Assembly (NCBI RefSeq): GCF_902652985.1
Contig: NC_047026.1
Span: 33,852,001 to 33,916,000 of the forward strand
DNA length: 64,000 bases
Source of the DNA: Pecten maximus
Taxonomy: Eukaryota
Direction of reading: 5' to 3'
Both the position numbers and the translations under genes were made by a program. The stretch's first letter is position 1. Each line of letters starts with the position of its first letter. Of this stretch, positions 60,582-64,000 are shown piece by piece. The notes beneath the pieces were generated by a model, which did not search any database, had not been told where the DNA came from, and saw only the letters and a program-made list of their open reading frames with translations.

Positions 60582-63253
60582 TCTCATAGTTCTAGGAGGT
60601 CGGGTGCAGAGGAAGTTGAAGTTTCCTGCAGCAGGAAGGGTCAGGCCGAAGATATTCTGGTAACAACCACGTTTTTCCGAGCCAGATAGATGTATAGATA
60701 TAATACATATAATGACAAAGGAAAGTATGGAGTTATTATAGTAACATCTCTTTAAAGTGCTTTACTAATGTGTTTTATTGAGTGCAAAGTATTTTGTCCC
60801 CTCCCTCTAAATTTTTACATGGATCTTTCATTTAGTTTTGAGGTTTATAATTGCCTTCGGTCTGTCGTTGTGCGTTTGATGGTATGCAAATATTGGTCCT
60901 AACTGACCTCCAGGTTGAATTTCTATTGAAATTTATTCTAACTAAAATTTATGAACTCGGTTAAAATTATCAGTATGGGATAGCAGTTTGATGGTTTGCA
61001 CATGTTGGCACTGACTGAACCTAAGTAGTTTAAAGGTAGGGCCAAAAGGGTCAGATGAAATTTCAAAAAAAAAAATTCCCTAAGACCCAAATAAGGTAGA
61101 ATCAAATACTATTAGTGTATTGACGAGTCTTACGGTGTTAACCAACATTATCACGATATCGGGCATTTACAAATTTCACTATCAAGCATGAATTTAGCAG
61201 AAACAATTGATATACCTGATGGATATCTAAATAGATATAAACCAGAGTAAAATTGTACATGAACTAATTGATGATTCACAAAGGAGAAAATTTAGATATT
61301 GGACAAAATCAAATAAGACAAAAATCCACACTTTGATTACTTAAACTTAAACAAAAGTTTTCATCGTGGTTAAATGTTGTTTCTGTGTGACTGATTTTCA
61401 AATTTCGTCGATTATGGATGAAGTGGCACGTAATCTTACCCTCAATAGTATTTACGTGGGTCTGAAAATATGTCTTCAAAAATGTAAAAAAAACACTAAC
61501 TTTCACAAAGTATGATGTTATCAATAAGTGTTAAAATAATATAATTGATTACCAAGAATTCAGATTTGCGTAGAAGTGAAACTCCTATTGAGATAAGAAG
61601 ACAGTGATACCTCTGTGCATAACTAGCCATCGCACCTCCTTTCATTTAAGATGGACGTCACCTGGTGTAGGGTGAGTGATTACAGGCGGAAGTCCCTTAG
61701 TGTAGTGATTACAGAATCTTGTGAAACACTTCAGTTAATATTGTGTACATAGCTTTCTATCTTAACGTATGCAAACTACTCTATGTTGTGGTTAGGAGAA
61801 TTCATATAAGCTATCTATCCCCTACTCGGCATACCTGATAGGGTAAATATGTCAATTGCCTTGCCACGCCTCCACTTAGACAGACCAACACACCGTTAGC
61901 GACTTTCTCTCAAATTTAATCAGTCACACAGAAACAACATTTAACCACGATGAAAACTTTTGTTTAAGTAATCAAAGTGTGGATTTTTGTCTTATTTGAT
62001 TTTGTCCAATATCTAAATTTTCTCCATTGTGAATCATCAATTAGTTCATGTACAATTGTACTCTGGTTTATATCTATTTAGATATCCATCAGGTATATTA
62101 ATTGTTCCTGCTAAATTCATGCTTGATAGTGAAATTTGTAAATGCCCGATATCGTGATAATGTTGGTTAACACCTTAAGACTCGTCAATACACTAATAGT
62201 ATTTGATTCTACCTTATTTGGGTCTTAGGGAATTTTTTTTTGAAATTTCATCTGACCCTTTTGGCCCTACCTTTAAACTACTTAGGTTCAGTCAGTGCCA
62301 ACATGTGCAAACCATCAAACTGCCATCCCATACTGATAATTTTAACCGAGTTCATAAATTTTAGTTAGAATAAATTTCAATAGAAATTCAACAAATGGGA
62401 CCCGCCCATCAGTCCCTGGAGGTCAGTCAGGACCAATATTTGCATACCATCAAACGCACAACGACAGACCGAAGGCGATTATAAACCTCAAAACTAAATG
62501 AAAGATCCATGTAAAAAAAAACACGTGGAGAATTATTGGAATCTGCACTCAATAAAACACATTAGTAAAGCACTTTAAAGAGATGTTACTATAATAACTC
62601 CATACTTTCCTTTGTCATTACATGTATCTAAACATCTATCTGACTCGGAAGAACGTGGTTGTTACCAGACTATCTACGGCCTGGCACTTCCTGCTGCAGG
62701 GAACTTCAACTTCCTCTGCACCCAACCTCGTCTGAGCTTTCTTGCTACAGGGAACTACAACTTCCTCTGCACCCAACCTCGTCTGAGCTTTCTTGCTACA
62801 GGGAACTACAACTTCCTCTGCACCCAACCTCGTCTGAGCTTTCTTGCTGCAGGAAATTACAACACCCTCTGCACCCAACCTCGTCTGAGCTTTCTTGCTG
62901 CAGGAAATTACAACTTCCTCTGCACCCAACCTCGTCTGAGCTTTCTTGCTGCAGGAAATTACAACTTCCTCTGTACCCGACCTCGTCTGAGCTTTCTTGC
63001 TGCAGGAAATTACAACTTCCTCTGTACCCGACCTCGTCTGAGCTTTCTTGCTGCAGGAAATTACAACTTCCTCTGCACCCAACCTCGTCTGAGCTTTCTT
63101 GCTGCAGGAAATTACAACTTCCTCTGCACCCAACCTCGTCTGAGCTTTCTTGCTGCAGGAAATTACAACTCCCTCTGCACCCAACCTCGTCTGAGCTTTC
63201 TTGCTGCAGGAAATTACAACACCCTCTGCACCCGACCTCCTAGAACCATGAGA
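60582..63253. repeat. Large inverted duplication: left arm 60582-~61405, spacer ~500 bp, right arm ~61912-63253
   Basis: For example TTTAAAGTGCTTTACTAATGTGTTTTATTGAGTGCA (~60750) is the reverse complement of ~62545-62580; near-identity continues for about 800 bp. Confidence 0.92.
62679..63239. repeat. 51-bp minisatellite, 11 units, within the right arm
   Basis: 561 bp = 11 x 51; unit GTCTGAGCTTTCTTGCTGCAGGAAATTACAACTTCCTCTGCACCCAACCTC. Confidence 0.95.
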
Positions 63254-64000
63254 CTGTTATTACCTGCTCTATTATGATATGAAGATATATCTAAATGATA
63301 AAATGTAACTTATATAAGCAAATACGATATCTTGTATGTGGTATTGGTAGCCTCTGTTGTCCTAGTATACAAATAGGCATTTAAGTCCAAACATGTCCAC
63401 ACGCAAGAATATAGCACCATTTTTTGTGCCAAAAGGGAAAAAATGTACGCATTGTTGATATTAACATGTTAAACATCATATATACAAAGCAAACAATTAT
63501 GATTTTAAATACTTTATGAACAGGAGGTAAAAATGTGATGGATTTTGAGTAAAAATTTGCTCTTTTTTTACATTAAGCCGAATTTGTATTGTAGTCCATT
63601 CGTTATTATGTGTTTAAACATTTCCAAACAATGTAAAATAAATCTCAATGTAAATAGGAGGTTTTGCAATGTACTTAAAATTGACTGGCAGTATTGCTCT
63701 CTGATTTTTAAAAGAAAAACGAGCATGGGTTTTGCATGTTTTTTTCATAGAAATATTGTAGAGTGAACTGAAACAAAATATACTTGGTTTCATTAGTACA
63801 TGGGGACTGACACCTATACCAAAAACAACGAAAATGAAATTTCCACTTTCAAAATAGCCGCCATGTTTCCCCAATAACCACAATTATTGAATGTTCTTAA
63901 GCTTCTGAATACATTTTCTGACTAAAACGCTACATGATAGATTGATGTTGCTTTACATTTAACCACCCAATTTGGAATCCAAAATGGCTTCTTCGTCTTT

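Noticed and set aside
62612-63277. 221-, 194- and 182-aa ORFs as genes
   Set aside because: Open only because the 51-bp unit lacks stops; no splice or homology support.

Overview
AT-rich, intron-containing animal genomic DNA. The SINE, MITE and Helentron-like repeat types suggest a bivalve mollusc (inference). Left end: a single-coding-exon ankyrin/SOCS-box (ASB-like) gene on +, probably inside an intron of a FAM204A-like gene on - (4 exons visible, 3' exons not found in the window). Centre (about 6.8-36.8 kb): three tandem copies of a compact (325-327 aa, 8 coding exons) Cdc25 phosphatase gene on -. Copy 1 carries a nonsense codon and a CH2A G>R change. Copies 2 and 3 are intact, and copy 3 has four extra S/T-P sites. 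The younger duplication (6786-15452 / 15453-25623) also copied the FAM204A first coding exon and its upstream region, so an orphan, identical FAM204A exon now lies upstream of Cdc25 copy 1 and could splice in frame into it: a candidate chimeric gene. Right half: a 3-exon gene for a 215-aa single-pass membrane protein with PPxY motifs and a Tyr/Asp-rich tail; a decayed DD41D Tc1/mariner; a Kolobok-like MITE; LINE fragments (one flanked by a ~230-bp direct repeat); several minisatellites (one built from a hammerhead-ribozyme-like unit lacking the GAAA/stem III core); and a ~2.7-kb inverted duplication in which a 51-bp unit occurs once in one arm and 11 times in the other. All calls were made by eye; no searches were run.
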